Source: the human T2T-CHM13v2.0 reference genome, Homo sapiens. From it: 64,000 bases of DNA. The notes beneath the pieces were generated by a model. The model had not been told where the DNA came from and made no database searches. It saw nothing but the letters and a program-made list of their open reading frames with translations. The stretch is taken from NCBI RefSeq assembly GCF_009914755.1, contig NC_060945.1; one strand, given 5' to 3'. Positions 25,901-40,548 of the stretch are shown piece by piece. Positions within the stretch are counted from its first letter, which is position 1. Each line of letters opens with the position of its first letter. A program made the position numbers and the translations under genes.

Positions 25901-28283
25901 ACAGAGTGTACGGATGGATGAATGCATGGATCAATAGAGAGAGTGAATGTGTGAATGGATGAATGCATAGATTCATAGAGAGAATGAATGCATGCATGGA
26001 GGAATGCATGGATCTGTAGAGAGAGTGAATGCGTACATGGATGAATGCATGGATCCGTAGAGTGAATGTGTGAATGGATGAATGCATAGATTCATAGAGA
26101 GAATGAATGCATGCATGGAGGAATGCATGGATCTGTAGAGAGTGAATGCATACATGGATGAATGCATGGATCCATAGAGTGAATGCATGGATGGACGAGT
26201 GCATGGATCCATAGAGAGTGAATGCATGGATGGATGAGTGCATGGATCCATAGAGAGAGTGAATGCATGGATGGACGAGTGCATGGATCCATAGAGAGAG
26301 TGAATGCATTGATAGACGAGTGCATGGATCCGTAGAGAGAGTGAATGCATGGATGGATGACTGCATGGATCCATAGAGACTGAATGCATGGATGGACGAG
26401 TGCATGGATCCTTAGAGAGAGTGAATGCATGGATGGACAGATGCATGTATCCATAGAGAGTGAATGCAGGTATGGACAAATGCATGGATCCATCAACAGA
26501 GTGTATGGATGGATGAATGCATGGATCCATAGAGAGAGTGAATGGATGCATACATGGATGAATGCATGGATCTGTAGAGAGAGTGAATGCATGGATGGAT
26601 GAATGCATGGATCCATAGAGAGAGTGAATGGATGCATACATGGATGAATGCATGGATCTGTAGAGAGAGTGAATGCATGGATGGATGAATGCATGGATCT
26701 ATAGAGAGAGTGAATGGATGCGTACATGGATGAATGCATGGATCCATAGAGAGAGTGAATGGATGTGCATGTGGATGAATGCATGGATCCTTAGAGAGAG
26801 TGAATACGTGGATGGACAGATGCATGTATCCATAGAGAGTGAATGCATGGATGGACGAATGCATGGATCCATAGAGAGAGTGAATGCATGGATGGATGAG
26901 TGCATGGATCCATAGAGAGAGTGAATGGATGCCTACATGGATGAATGCATGGATCCATAGAGAGAGTGAATGGATGTGTACATGGATGAACGCATGGATC
27001 TGTAGAGAGAGTGAATGGATGCGTACATGGATGAATGCATGGATCCGTAGAGAGAGTGAATGGATGTGCATGTGGATGAATGCATGGATCCTTAGAGAGA
27101 GTGAATACGTGGATGGACAGATGCATGTATCCATAGAGAGTGAATGCATGGATGGACGAATGCATGGATCCATAGAGAGAGTGAATGCATGGATGGATGA
27201 ATGCATGGATCCATAGAGAGAGTGAATGGATGTGTACATGGATGAATGCATGGATCCATAGAGAGAGTGAATGGATGCGTACATGGATGAATGCATGGAT
27301 CCATAGAGTGAATGTATGCGTACATGGATGAATGCATGGATCCATAGAGAGAGTGAATGGATGTGTACATGGATGAATGCATGGATCCGTAGAGAGAGTG
27401 AATGGATGGGTACATGGATGAATGCATGGATCCGTAGAGAGAGTGAATGGATGCGTACATGGATGAATGCATGGATCTGTAGAGAGAGTGAATGCATGGA
27501 TGGATGAATGCATGGATCCATAGAGAGAGTGAATGGATGCGTACATGGATGAATGCATGGATCCATAGAGAGAGTGAATGGATGTGTACATGGATGAATG
27601 CATGGATCCATAGAGAGAGCGAATGGATGTGTACATGGATGAATGCATGGATCCATAGAGAGAGTGAATGGATGTGTACATGGATGAATGCATGGATCTG
27701 TAGAGAGAGTGAATGGATGTGTACATGGATGAATGCATGGATCCATAGAGAGAGTGAATGGATGTGTACATGGATGAATGCATGGATCTGTAGAGAGAGT
27801 GAATGCGTACATGGATGAATACATGGATCCGTAGAGAGAGTGAATGGATGTGTACATGGATGAATGCATGGATCTGTAGAGAGAGTGAATGCGTACATGG
27901 ATGAATGCATGGATCCATAGAGTGAATGGATGTGTACATGGATGAATGCATGGATCTGTAGAGAGAGTGAATGCGTACATGGATGAATGCATGGATCCAT
28001 AGAGAGAGTGAATGGATGTGTACATGGATGAATGCATGGATCTGTAGAGAGGGTGAATGCGTACATGGATGAATGCATGGATCCATAGAGAGAGTGAATG
28101 GATGTGTACATGGTTGAATGCGTGGATCTGTAGAGAGAGTGAAAGTGTGCATGGACGAATTCATGACACACAGATGGGCCGGAATATAAGTAATTGGATA
28201 AATGAGGTAAAGGATATGTAGATGTTCTTTTTAATGCTTGTACACTTTTTTCAAGGTTTGAAATTATATCACAATAACAAGTT
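22905..28283 (+). mobile_element. L1MC-type 3' end split by the large minisatellite (pieces ~22905-23040 and ~28165-28283)
   Basis: CTGATTTTGATCATTGCACTGTGGTTAT..GTATTTGGGGTGAAAG before the array; GGTAAAGGATATGTAGATGTTCTT..AAGGTTTGAAATTATATCACAATAACAAGTT after it. Confidence 0.65.
23035..28165. repeat. About 5.1-kb minisatellite; 41-bp unit GTGAATGCATGGATGGACGAGTGCATGGATCCATAGAGAGA grading to 45-bp GTGAATGGATGTGTACATGGATGAATGCATGGATCCATAGAGAGA
   Basis: Read directly; over 100 units with length variants in the (GA)n tail. Confidence 0.98.
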
Positions 28284-28295
28284 GTCCGATGAGTA

Positions 28296-28575
28296 CAGTA
28301 GTCCCCCTTTGTCCACAGTTTCACTTTCTGTGATTTCAGTCACCCATGGTACAGTATAGTGAGATATCTTGAGAGAGAGAGACCATATTTACATAACTTT
28401 TATTATGGCATATTGATAAAATTGTTCTGTTTTATTATTAATCTTCCTCTGTACCTAATTTATACATTAAAATTTATCATAGGACAGTTTATAACAGGGT
28501 TTGGTATAGTCCATGGTTCCAGGTAGCCACTGAGAGTCTTGGAACGTACCCCTCTTGGATAAGGGGGGAGGGCTG
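28296..28575. mobile_element. MER44A-like Tigger MITE (DNA transposon)
   Basis: TIRs CAGTAGTCCCCCTTTGTCC..GGATAAGGGGGGAGGGCTG; internal GAGAGAGAGACCATATTTACATAACTTTTATTA. Confidence 0.85.
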
Positions 28576-29796
28576 CAGAATGAATTCTTCAGCCTTCTCC
28601 TCAGAACAGATCTTCTGCAAGACTTTGGCAGATGATGCTGTGACCCCGGTGTCACAGGCCAGGTGGACGGCCAGGCCAAGGTATCCGTGCCTGGTCCTGA
28701 GGGGCCAGGCACGCGTCCACGGCAGGGCCACCCAGAGCCTGGGGTGCTGGGAACTGGGCTTTGTTTTAGTTTCTCAAATGCTTTTCTCAAACTGGAATTT
28801 TAATTACAACAAAATTAATGCCGCAGAATATGATTAAAAAATAATGAGCTGAGAACAAGCAGCCTCTTGAGGTGATGTCCCTGTGGCTGAGCCCAGGAGG
28901 CCTTGATGCGGGCAGAGGCTGTGCTAGCTTCACCAGGTTGGCACCGGGCTCTCCAATGCCTGGTTGCTGGTGGCTTGGACAGCTGTCGGGGAGGGTCCTC
29001 TCAGCTCCCGCGCCCTCTGCCCACAGCTTGTTCTCTCACTGTGAGAACCACCCAGTGATGGTTCTTGTGCTGTTCTCTCTTCATGAATCATGGCCTGGCT
29101 TCCGTGCAGCTGCCTTTTTGGAGGAGGCTGCAGGAGCACAGAGTAATGGCTGCAGGTGGGGCCTTCCAGAGGCACAGGCTGAGGGGCCAGGCAGCAGTTC
29201 CTCTCTTGCAGCTTTTTCTTGGGAGCACCGGGCCAAGCCAGAGGCTCCTGGCAGATCCACCCACAGAGACAGCAGGTCCAGGTCAGGGCTACCCCTCGCA
29301 CAGCCCAGCAGGATGTGGGAGCAAGCCTGTGCGCCCTGAGCCAGGCCTTCTGTGAAGTGCAGATGATGTCGCCTTTGTAGACAAAGGAAGAGACCTTGGA
29401 ACCTGAGGGTAAATGGAGAGGCTCTTTACCAGCACTGAACTCTGAGCCCAACTGGCTCCAAACAGGCGTGTTGTGGGCGTGTCCTGAGGTGTGTGCCTGA
29501 CCTGACCCTGAGGCCCCCTCCCTGCCATGCCTCTAACCCACCCAACACCACCAGCCTTGCTGGTGCCTCCTGCCCTGCCCTCTGCTCTCAGCTGCCTGCC
29601 CTGGTCACCTGCCACCCCTTCGTGCTGGGCCCTTGGGCCAAGCACCGCATGCAGCCTGGTGCACACCTGTGCCCTCCTGAGCCTGGGTGAGGTGGCCCTC
29701 CCACCTGGGCCATGTGCCTCACTATGCCTAGGCCACAGCCCGGGAGGGAGGATGTCTTTCCCTGACCTCGTTTGTGTGGCCCTGGTGCCCAATGAC

Positions 29797-29955
29797 TGAC
29801 TTTCCTTCTGCTCCCAGCCCTGCATCCTCCTGGGAGATGGGGTGTTTGAGCATGGGGTTCCCGCCTCCTCCTCCAAGTGACTTTCCTTCTGCTCCCAGCC
29901 CTGCATCCTCCCAGGAGATGGGGTGCCTGAGCATGGGGTTCCCGCCTCCTCCAGG
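29797..29955. repeat. 81-bp tandem duplication (2 copies)
   Basis: TGACTTTCCTTCTGCTCCCAGCCCTGCATCCTCC at 29797 and 29878. Confidence 0.95.
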
Positions 29956-30533
29956 ACTTGTTGCCCGTTCTGCGTGGCCACCCGTTCTTGCCAGCATGCC
30001 CACTCGCTCTGACCTTGGAACGTGCTCTGCTATGGCCACTCTCCAACTCTGGCAATGGCACCAGCCATCATTCTATCACCTGTGACTTCCCCACTCACCC
30101 GTCCTGTCGTGCCACCTGCAGCACCCACAGCCTGGCTCTCACTGCCACTGCGTCCTGTGGGAGAAGGTCACATCCACTTCCCTGTGTGGATGGGGGTGTC
30201 ATGAGGACCCTGGAGTGTTCTGATGGCCAGCCTTGTGGGGACCCTGGCTGCTAGCCTTGCCTTAGCTGCTCCTCTGTCCCCACTCACAGCCCCGGTGGCC
30301 AGTCTGTCTGAGTCCTGCCCTTGTCTACCCACCTCCTACAAGACAGCCAGTGTCTGGGCTGGCCCCTCCCTGCTGGCTGCAGGGCCCCTGGGTGCACAAG
30401 GAGCTGCAGAGGAGCAGATGGCGGCAGCTGAGGCAGCCACAGGGACAGGGCCACAGACACACTCAGGTTCCATGGCCTTGGTACATTTGCTCTTCTTGAC
30501 ATGGGTTTCAGAGAGGGGCCACCATGCCATGCC

Positions 30534-30615
30534 CACAGCGTCTGGCCAGGTGCTGGTCACTGACCCATCTTCACAGCATCTGGCCAGGTGCTGGTCACTG
30601 ACCCGCCTTCACAGC
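30534..30615. repeat. 38-bp tandem duplication
   Basis: CACAGC.TCTGGCCAGGTGCTGGTCACTGACCC at 30534 and 30572. Confidence 0.95.
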
Positions 30616-31963
30616 CGCACTTGTGACATACCTGATTCAGTAGATCCTCCTGGATGCACTCTGCTTATATGCCTTTTGCTCATTTTCTGCCTTTAGCTGC
30701 AGTATTCTTTGGAAGGAATTCTGGGCAGTATGTGCTGTTCAGATCCTGTCACTGCATTTGCTAATTTGTTGCATTAGCAAGTATTTGGCTTGTGCATGCA
30801 AGACAAGGTTAAATAATCCAGTGTGGAAATAGAAAAACAGTATGTGGAGATCCAAACCCATATAATTACTCCCCATGATCTACTCAGTTTAATCAGATTC
30901 TGCAGGTTAATCATGTTTGTGATCTCATGGTGCACATCCCTCCCGAACATCTCAGCGTCATCAGTGGAGCCGCTCGGTTGTCCTGTGACACTGACTGTCC
31001 CTCTGTGGCTCTCGGGGTCTCCCCTCCTCTTCCTTGAGGGCATCGTCATGATTCAGCAGTGACTTCTGGGCTGGGTGGTTAGCGGGGCTCCCTCCTTTAC
31101 CCTCAGACCCCTTGGATGCCATCCTGGGCAGAGGCCTTGGCCCAGTGCAAGCTCTTTCTGCCCACATTCTCCTGGTAGCGGCTCTGCAGCTGGGCGCTGT
31201 TTCTGCCCTGTCATGCAAGTGGGCTGGGTGCAGAGGCTCACAGCTGGGTGCTGGGGCTGGGGGTGAGCTAGCTGTCCGGCCCCTGCGTCAGCACCACCCC
31301 TTGCTGTGTTCCTGAAGCGTCCTGTCTTCCATGGTCAGGATGCTCTTTCAAGACAGCCCTGATGGCATCACCTCCCTTCACTCGCCTCTTCTTAGCTTGT
31401 TCATTAAAAACAATTGTACTTACTGAGTGCCTACGTTGTCCTGTGCCCGGGCTGCCCAAGGTGGTGTGAGTGTCAGGGCACGTGGCCCAGAGGGCTCTGC
31501 AGAGACGGCTCTGAGAGCAAAAGTGAGCCATGCTGGAGAAGGGACAGGAGCCCCTGGGAGACGTAAGAGATGGGGACAGGCTGACGGAGGAGGAGGACCG
31601 GGCTGGGGGAGGATGGTGGGGCTCTAAGCAGGGCAGGAGGTCAGATTGTGTGTTTGGGATGTTCCTCTCCTTCATGGGGAGGAGAGGCCCTGAGGGAGGC
31701 AGGAGCAGGAGGGGCATCGTGTCCCCAAGGACCCCAGGCAGGGCCTCCAGGGCTGGTGCTGGGAGGAGGCAGGGATGGGAAGGGTCCCCGAGGGCCCTGA
31801 GCAGGGCTAACCCTAGGGAAACCACACACAGGCCACGGAGGGAAAAGCTTTTAACCCTTGTCGTGTATAAACGACTCACTAGGTCTTGGTGCATTTTTCA
31901 TTGATACTCATATATTTACTGTTGAATCTCTTTGAGTTCTTTTTAATGATTTTTCTTGTTTTC

Positions 31964-31969
31964 AATAAA
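31964..31969 (+). terminator. Candidate polyadenylation signal of a plus-strand transcript
   Basis: AATAAA in a non-repeat AT-rich island within GC-rich DNA, U-rich upstream and TTGTTTTGTTGTG downstream. Confidence 0.35.
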
Positions 31970-32338
31970 AAATAACATTTCCCGTCTGCATTGTACAGTC
32001 ATAATTTGAAAACAAAAATTGTTTTGTTGTGCAAACACTTGTTCTGATTCTTTATCTATTCGTTGGAAGTCAGTCACAAAGCAACTTGAGAAAACAGCCT
32101 GTCTCTGCCTCCAGCCTGGTGTGCCTGCAGCTGTGTGGGTGCGTCCCCTCCTCACTTTCTCAGCAGAGGCAGAGGCTACAGTCTGAGTGGCAGAGCCCAC
32201 CTTTCTGCTGGGGGTAGTGGCCACGCAAGGGTATTGGTGTGTTTTTTGCACATGCAGCTGGCCATGCTTTAAAATAAGCAGATTGACCTTTGTTTACCTT
32301 TCACCCCCAGAATGGTTTGGTCAATGACAGCAGCCATT

Positions 32339-32414
32339 TTTATTGTTTTTATTGTTTCTTTTCTGTGGTGGTGAAGGTGGCATCCCCTCCTAGCAGCTGC
32401 ACACTGGGGTGGTC
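32339..32414 (-). other. Candidate minus-strand terminal exon (DHPSVQLLGGDATFTTTEKKQ*) with two AATAAA
   Basis: Minus strand CTCTGCTCTCGCCCTCCTTTCCTCAG|GACCAC..; TAA at 32349-32351; AATAAA at 32348-32353 and 32339-32344. Confidence 0.3.
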
Positions 32415-35400
32415 CTGAGGAAAGGAGGGCGAGAGCAGAGCTTGGGGGCGGGCCATGAGGGGAAGTCCAGGCCTCTCCACCCAAGGATGACCCTTTCTCC
32501 AAGAATCCTGCAGTCTGTTGTTAGGTCGGGAAAAAGCCGTGGTGGTTTTATACTGCCAGTGCCGGGAGCTTTCCCATGAAGTTTAAATGCAAACAGGACA
32601 CTGAGGGCAGGAAGGTGTGCTGAGCTGCCCTGCACAGTGCTTGGCTCTGATGCCCACCCCAGGGTCCCTGGGCACTGCCAAGCTGGGCATGAACCTGGGG
32701 TAACCCAGAGGAACCTGGAGCAGTATGGGCTCCAAGAGGCCCCTGAGCTTCTCCAGGACCCAGATGGTGACAGCCTGGAACATGGCTTCCCCGTGGCCTC
32801 GCTGCCATAGTCAGGCCTCGGGAGGTGACCCTGTGCCAGGGCACCGGATGGCCCAGGTCCTGCTGGGGTGGGCTGCTGAGTCCCTTCCCATGAATGTTGT
32901 TACTGTGCTGTATCTCACTTGTGCCCTCGCTGAGACGAAGGACGCCTAGACCTTAGTGCAGGTGCCTTGGGGGCGTCCTGGCACTGAACATCCTTGAGAC
33001 ATCTGTGGTGCTTCTCTTCCTCATCTGTGGTGTTGTGGGCCTCCAGGGGAGGTGGCTGTCTGCCTGGAACAGGAGGCCCAGCCCACAGGTGCCCACTGCC
33101 TGCTGCCGCGCCTCCCTCTCTGCTGCCCGCGTGGCTGTAGTGTTTTTTACCCCATTGCTGTTTCGCTTGGCACCTACACGTTGGTTCCCTCCTGTGCACC
33201 GGGCTTTGTGCTGCAGGCTCTGGCGTGTTCACAGTACTCCTTTGGAGGGATTCTGTTTTTAGAATTAGTGGTACAATATCTTGTCATCTTGGTAACTTAT
33301 TATTAATAAAAATGGTATAAAATGTTTTGCCTCCTAGTGCCCACACCATCCATGTAGATTATATTGATTTACTCCAGCTATTTGAAAGGCTTTGAGGTGG
33401 TGTACAATATCAAACCATGTGAAACAGCACGATTAACTGGCAAAACCGAAAGCCATGGAAATGAGCCGGGGAGCTTACTGAAGATCCTAGTCTTGGGGGA
33501 GATGTTTGGTGAAAATGTGTGCATTTGCTTATGAAAGACTTGTATTTATTCTGCACCCCCCTGACCCTGAGTGTCCCTTGGTCCATTGCCTGGGCTCTGT
33601 TGTCCTTACCAGGACTGCTGCTTCCCCAGTCCCTGCTGTCCTGCTGATGTGTCCACGCACCAGGCATTCGGCTCCTGAAATCACAGTGACTTTCAGGAGT
33701 CACTTGGGTTGCAGTGTTGGCCAGTTTTAGCCACATGAAGATAGTTTCTGAAACCTCCTGTGTGTGAATGACGGTTTTCACCTTGGGCCTGTCCTTCTGC
33801 TGCCACCACAAGCAGGAGGGGTGGGAAGGAAGGATTGCCCCCGAGAGAGGCAGCACAGGAAGGCCAGGCCGTGTTCCTGGGAGTCAGGCTTACCAGCTCA
33901 GAGCTGGGCATGGTTGAAATTCTAACCCTGCCGTGGCAGGCCCTGTGCTTTTGTGAAATGGGCCTCACGGGAGGGTGTCAGTGACGTAGATAAAGGCTTC
34001 CCACTGCCTGGATGCTGTGACCGCCTGATCCCGTGGTGATGGCACAGCCCTGCTGTGGGGAGAGCCGTGCAGCCCCAGGCCGTGTGTGGGAAGGCCTGTG
34101 CCACTCTGGGCATCGTCATCTTGGGCCATGGCTACCACATATGGCGCTTCCTAGCCGGGCACTATGCCACAGCCACACCCCTGTGGCCTGGCCCCCATGG
34201 CAGGGTCTAAGGCTGTTCCCCGGAAGCCTACCTTCTATAGGAAGAGGCATTCTTGTGTGACTCTCTGGTCATTTGCTTGGGGGAGCTGAAAACCCCCCAG
34301 GTGGTGTCTGGGGGGGAAAGTAATTGGAAGATTATGGGTGGGTGTGACTGGTAACAAGCAGGGGTTTGGCACCCCCCTTGCCCACCTGCCCTGTGTGCTG
34401 GGCCGTGCGGAGGTGGCCATGGGCAGCCCTTCCTTCTGGAGCCCCCTGTCTTCCCTTATCCACTGCCTCAAGGTTCCCACCAGCAGAGTGGGGCCACCTG
34501 GGTTGGTGCCAACGAGGTGCTCAGAGGCCTTGTGGGCAGTGTGGCAGAACGGCACATACAGGTGCCTAAAATCGAGCTAGGGGACCTTGAAGATAATGCT
34601 TCCTGTCTGCTTTTGTGTCAACAGTTGGGGCAAGCACATTTTCACAGGGAGGGTGTGACTGGAAGGACCAGCCGTTGCTGCTGGCAGCTCATCCCTGCAC
34701 CTGAGCTTGCAGGCATGCTCCTGTCTTTCTGTGGTGGTAAAGGTGACATCCCCTCCTAGCAGCTGCACACTGGAGTGGTCCTGAGGAAAGCGCGCTCCTG
34801 TCTTTCTGTGGCAGCGAAAGTGGCATTCCCTCCTAGCACCTGCACACTCGGATGGTCCTGAGGAAAGGAGGGCGAGAGCAGAGCTGGGGGGGCGGGCCAT
34901 GAGGGGAAGTCCAGGCCTCTCCACCCAGGAGTCTGTGAGGTTCCCATTGCATGAGAAGATGGAGGAGCCTCCTTGTGCTGCTGTGTCTCAGCATTAGAGA
35001 GGGCGGTCCACACGAATGTCATGTTGGGATGTTTTTTCTTCAGCTTCTGAGTCATTGCTGCCTCCAGGGTTATCACTGGGCAGAGAGCAGGTGTGATGTG
35101 TCTGAGGACCAGCAGCTCTGCACAGAGTGTGGAAGACCCCAGCAAAGCCACCCGGCTGCAGAATCGCAGAATCACCCTCGTGGCAGGCTTGGTGCGGACA
35201 AGTGGCTGTACTCCCGTGCTGGATGGAACGGCGGCCTTTCCGCCCTTTGGCCAAGTGCATGCAGAGACTCGAGCAGGGTGGGAGCTGAGGGCTGCTGCCA
35301 GCTACCCCTCACTGCACAGAAAGGGAAGTGGAGGTGAGGCCAGGAGATGTGTTCTTCCTGGAGTACAGGGCCAAGTCCTCCTTTCTTCTCAGATCCACTG

Positions 35401-36042
35401 GCACATAACCGCACCCTGGCTCAATGTGGCCCTGGATGCCTTCAGAACAATATGGCCAATGCAGTCCTCCTACTTTTCTCTGTCCCCTTTTCTTATCTCG
35501 TATTTTTACTCTAGAATTATGCTGGGAAAATAAGGCTTGAAGTTCTCTCATTTGTGTAGCACTTTGCAAATTACAGAGTACTTTTCACAACCTTGAAAGG
35601 TGGGTATTTCATCGTTCTTTTTTAGAATGAGGAGCTGAGTCATGGGGACCAGCCAGGGCCTCTCTAGTGAAGAGTCCTCCACAAAGCAGACCCCAAAGGG
35701 CCAGGGACCCAGGCCGCAGAGTCCCCACACCCCACGGAACATCTCTTTGGGGCCAAGGAGCAGCCTGCATTCAGAATTCCACTTCTGGTCCCCTCACCCA
35801 GAGCACTGAGGCACTGGGCTCTGCCCTCTCCAGATGCCGGCCTCCCTGCCTTGCTCTTGTTCTTTCTCATCAGATGCTCCGAGCTCCTTGTCATTGGCTC
35901 CTGTATGCAGCACTCACTCTCTGTGGACACTGCACACTCCAGGATTTAGAAAAACCCTTGTGGCTTTTCATGAATTTTATATTTGTGTTGCATTGCCCAT
36001 TTTCCTTTCAAGAAAGTCAGCTTTAAAACAAAACTGATTTCT

Positions 36043-38183
<2,141 letters not shown>

Positions 38184-38319
38184 GTGATTTCTAAGAGCGC
38201 TTTTCATTTGTGACTTTCTGCCTGTATCATTTCACAATTATATAAATATTGGACGACTTATTGTAGTAATTATCTTTCTGCATTTCCATCTCTATCTAGA
38301 ATTTATTTCGATGACTCTA

Positions 38320-38970
38320 TACATCAGGGTTCAGTTAGGAAAACCATTTCCACTCCACGCATTTAAAGAGAGCATGTTGAGTACAGAGAGTTGATTAGAA
38401 AGGTGATGTAGGGCTGAGGAGTACGGGAGATAAAGAGGGGGTGTGCGAGCAAGAGGAGGAAGGGGCTCACTGGGGCTGGAGTTGCTGGTGGTTCTGGGCT
38501 GGGGCCTGTCAGCCTGGGCCGGCTGCTGCGTGGGGAGCACAATTGTGCTCGGCTCTGGATCCACGTGGAGGAGCTGATCTGAGCAGGGCTTGACTCTCCT
38601 AAAAGGAGCTGCCCCGCTTCCCCCCTGCCACTGCCACTACAGCAGCTGCTAAGTGCGGCAGATGCCAGCAGCTGCTATGCTGCGATCCGGGTCGGGGGAA
38701 GGCCCTCTGTCCTGCTGCCTCTTCCCTGCATCATCTCCCATCAGAGACCCTCACAGGAAGCCAACTGATGAGGTTTGGGGGGCAGAATTCTAGGGGGTCC
38801 TAAGGCTTCTGCTCTCTGGTGTACAAGCCTTGCATACACACATCCTCTTGAGAGTGAGTGGGACCTGCTGGTAAGGTGGGACATCACCCCTGTGATTATG
38901 CCATGTTACTTGGCCAAGGGGTTTTGCAGATGGTATCAGGGTTTCTAACTAGTTGACTCTGAAGGATCAA
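38320..38970. mobile_element. Old LTR remnants: LTR33-like (~38320-38765) and MLT1-like (~38770-38970)
   Basis: CAGGGTTCAGTTAGGAAAACC..; GGCAGAATTCTAGG..GAGTGAGTGGGACCTG..TTTTGCAGATG. Confidence 0.5.
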
Positions 38971-39201
38971 GCACATCAATAATCAGGGTGATGTCACTGG
39001 AAAGCAAATTTTAGCCTAATAGAAAAAAGATTTATTGTGAAGTTTTATGCACAGTATTGAATTTTGTCAAATGCATTTTTCTGCATCTATTGAAATAATA
39101 ATTTACTGCCTTATCATGTTAATATGGTAAATTACATATTGCCAGATTTTGCAATATATAACCAATTTTGCATTCCTGGTGTAAACCCTACTTGGTCGTG
39201 A

Positions 39202-39566
<365 letters not shown>

Positions 39567-40159
39567 AATTTTTGGACTTTTTTCACTAATATTTTGGTAA
39601 TGATTTTTTATAGCTATGGTCATGAGAGACACTTTCATTTTTCTCATCTCTGTGTCAGATTTTAAAACCAGAGTTATGCTTGGTTTACGCACTGACTTTG
39701 GAATTATTCCCTCTTCCCTGTTTTCTGAAAGGGTTTGTGTAAGATTGGTGTTGTTATGTCTCTATGTGTTTGACAGAATTTGCCGGTGCCTTGAGTCTTC
39801 TTGTCGGGAAGGTATTTGACAACAACTTTCATTTTTTAGTTTCTATAGAGATATTCAAATTTCCTTTTACAGTTTGTATCAATTTTGGAAGTTGTAGTTT
39901 TAAAATGGCCCCACTTCATCTAAACTGATACATATGTTGTTGTGAAGTTGGTCATCATAATAATCTCACATTATCATTTTAATATCTACCGGATCAGTAC
40001 TGACAACTTGTCTTTCATATCTTTTGTGATTTTTGTTTTCTTTTTCTCTTGGTCTAGGTGTTTTTCCATTTTTTTGTATTTTTATATTAACCTTCTTTTC
40101 TTTATTTTGTTTACTGTTTGTTCGCTGTGCTTTCATCAGTCTCCATTCCTATTTGTTAT

Positions 40160-40548
40160 TTCCTGCTGCATTTGCTACATGTGGCCACCTTCCAACATCA
40201 CCACAGACTCCATGGCTTACAGCACAAGCTCATCACCTTTCAGTTCTGCTGATGAGAGCCCCGACAGCAGGAGGCCCCACTGGGCTCTCCGCAGCAGTGC
40301 TGCATCCCTTCTGGAGGCTCACGGGGAGGACTCACCTCCTTGCCTCTTCCAGATTCTAGAAGTGCTCCCGTTCATCTGCTCCTGAGTCCTCCTCCACCTG
40401 CTGTGTCAGCCACAGGACCCAGTTTGGAAAGATTCTCCACTTTTAAGAACTCAAGTGATTAGAGTGGCCCCACCTGGATAATCCAGGATAATCTCGCCAT
40501 TGCAAGGCCTGTGACCTTCATCACATCTGCACAGTCCCTTTGCCACAG
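40160..40548 (-). mobile_element. MLT1D/E-like MaLR LTR
   Basis: CTTCTGGAGGCTC..CCTTGCCTCTTCCAGATTCTAG; GGATAATCCAGGATAATCTC; ATCACATCTGCACAGTCCCTTTGCCA. Confidence 0.75.

Noticed and set aside
22950-28324. Minus-strand ORFs of 368-849 aa
   Set aside because: They lie within the minisatellite and are open in all three frames because the unit lacks stop triplets; no unique domain
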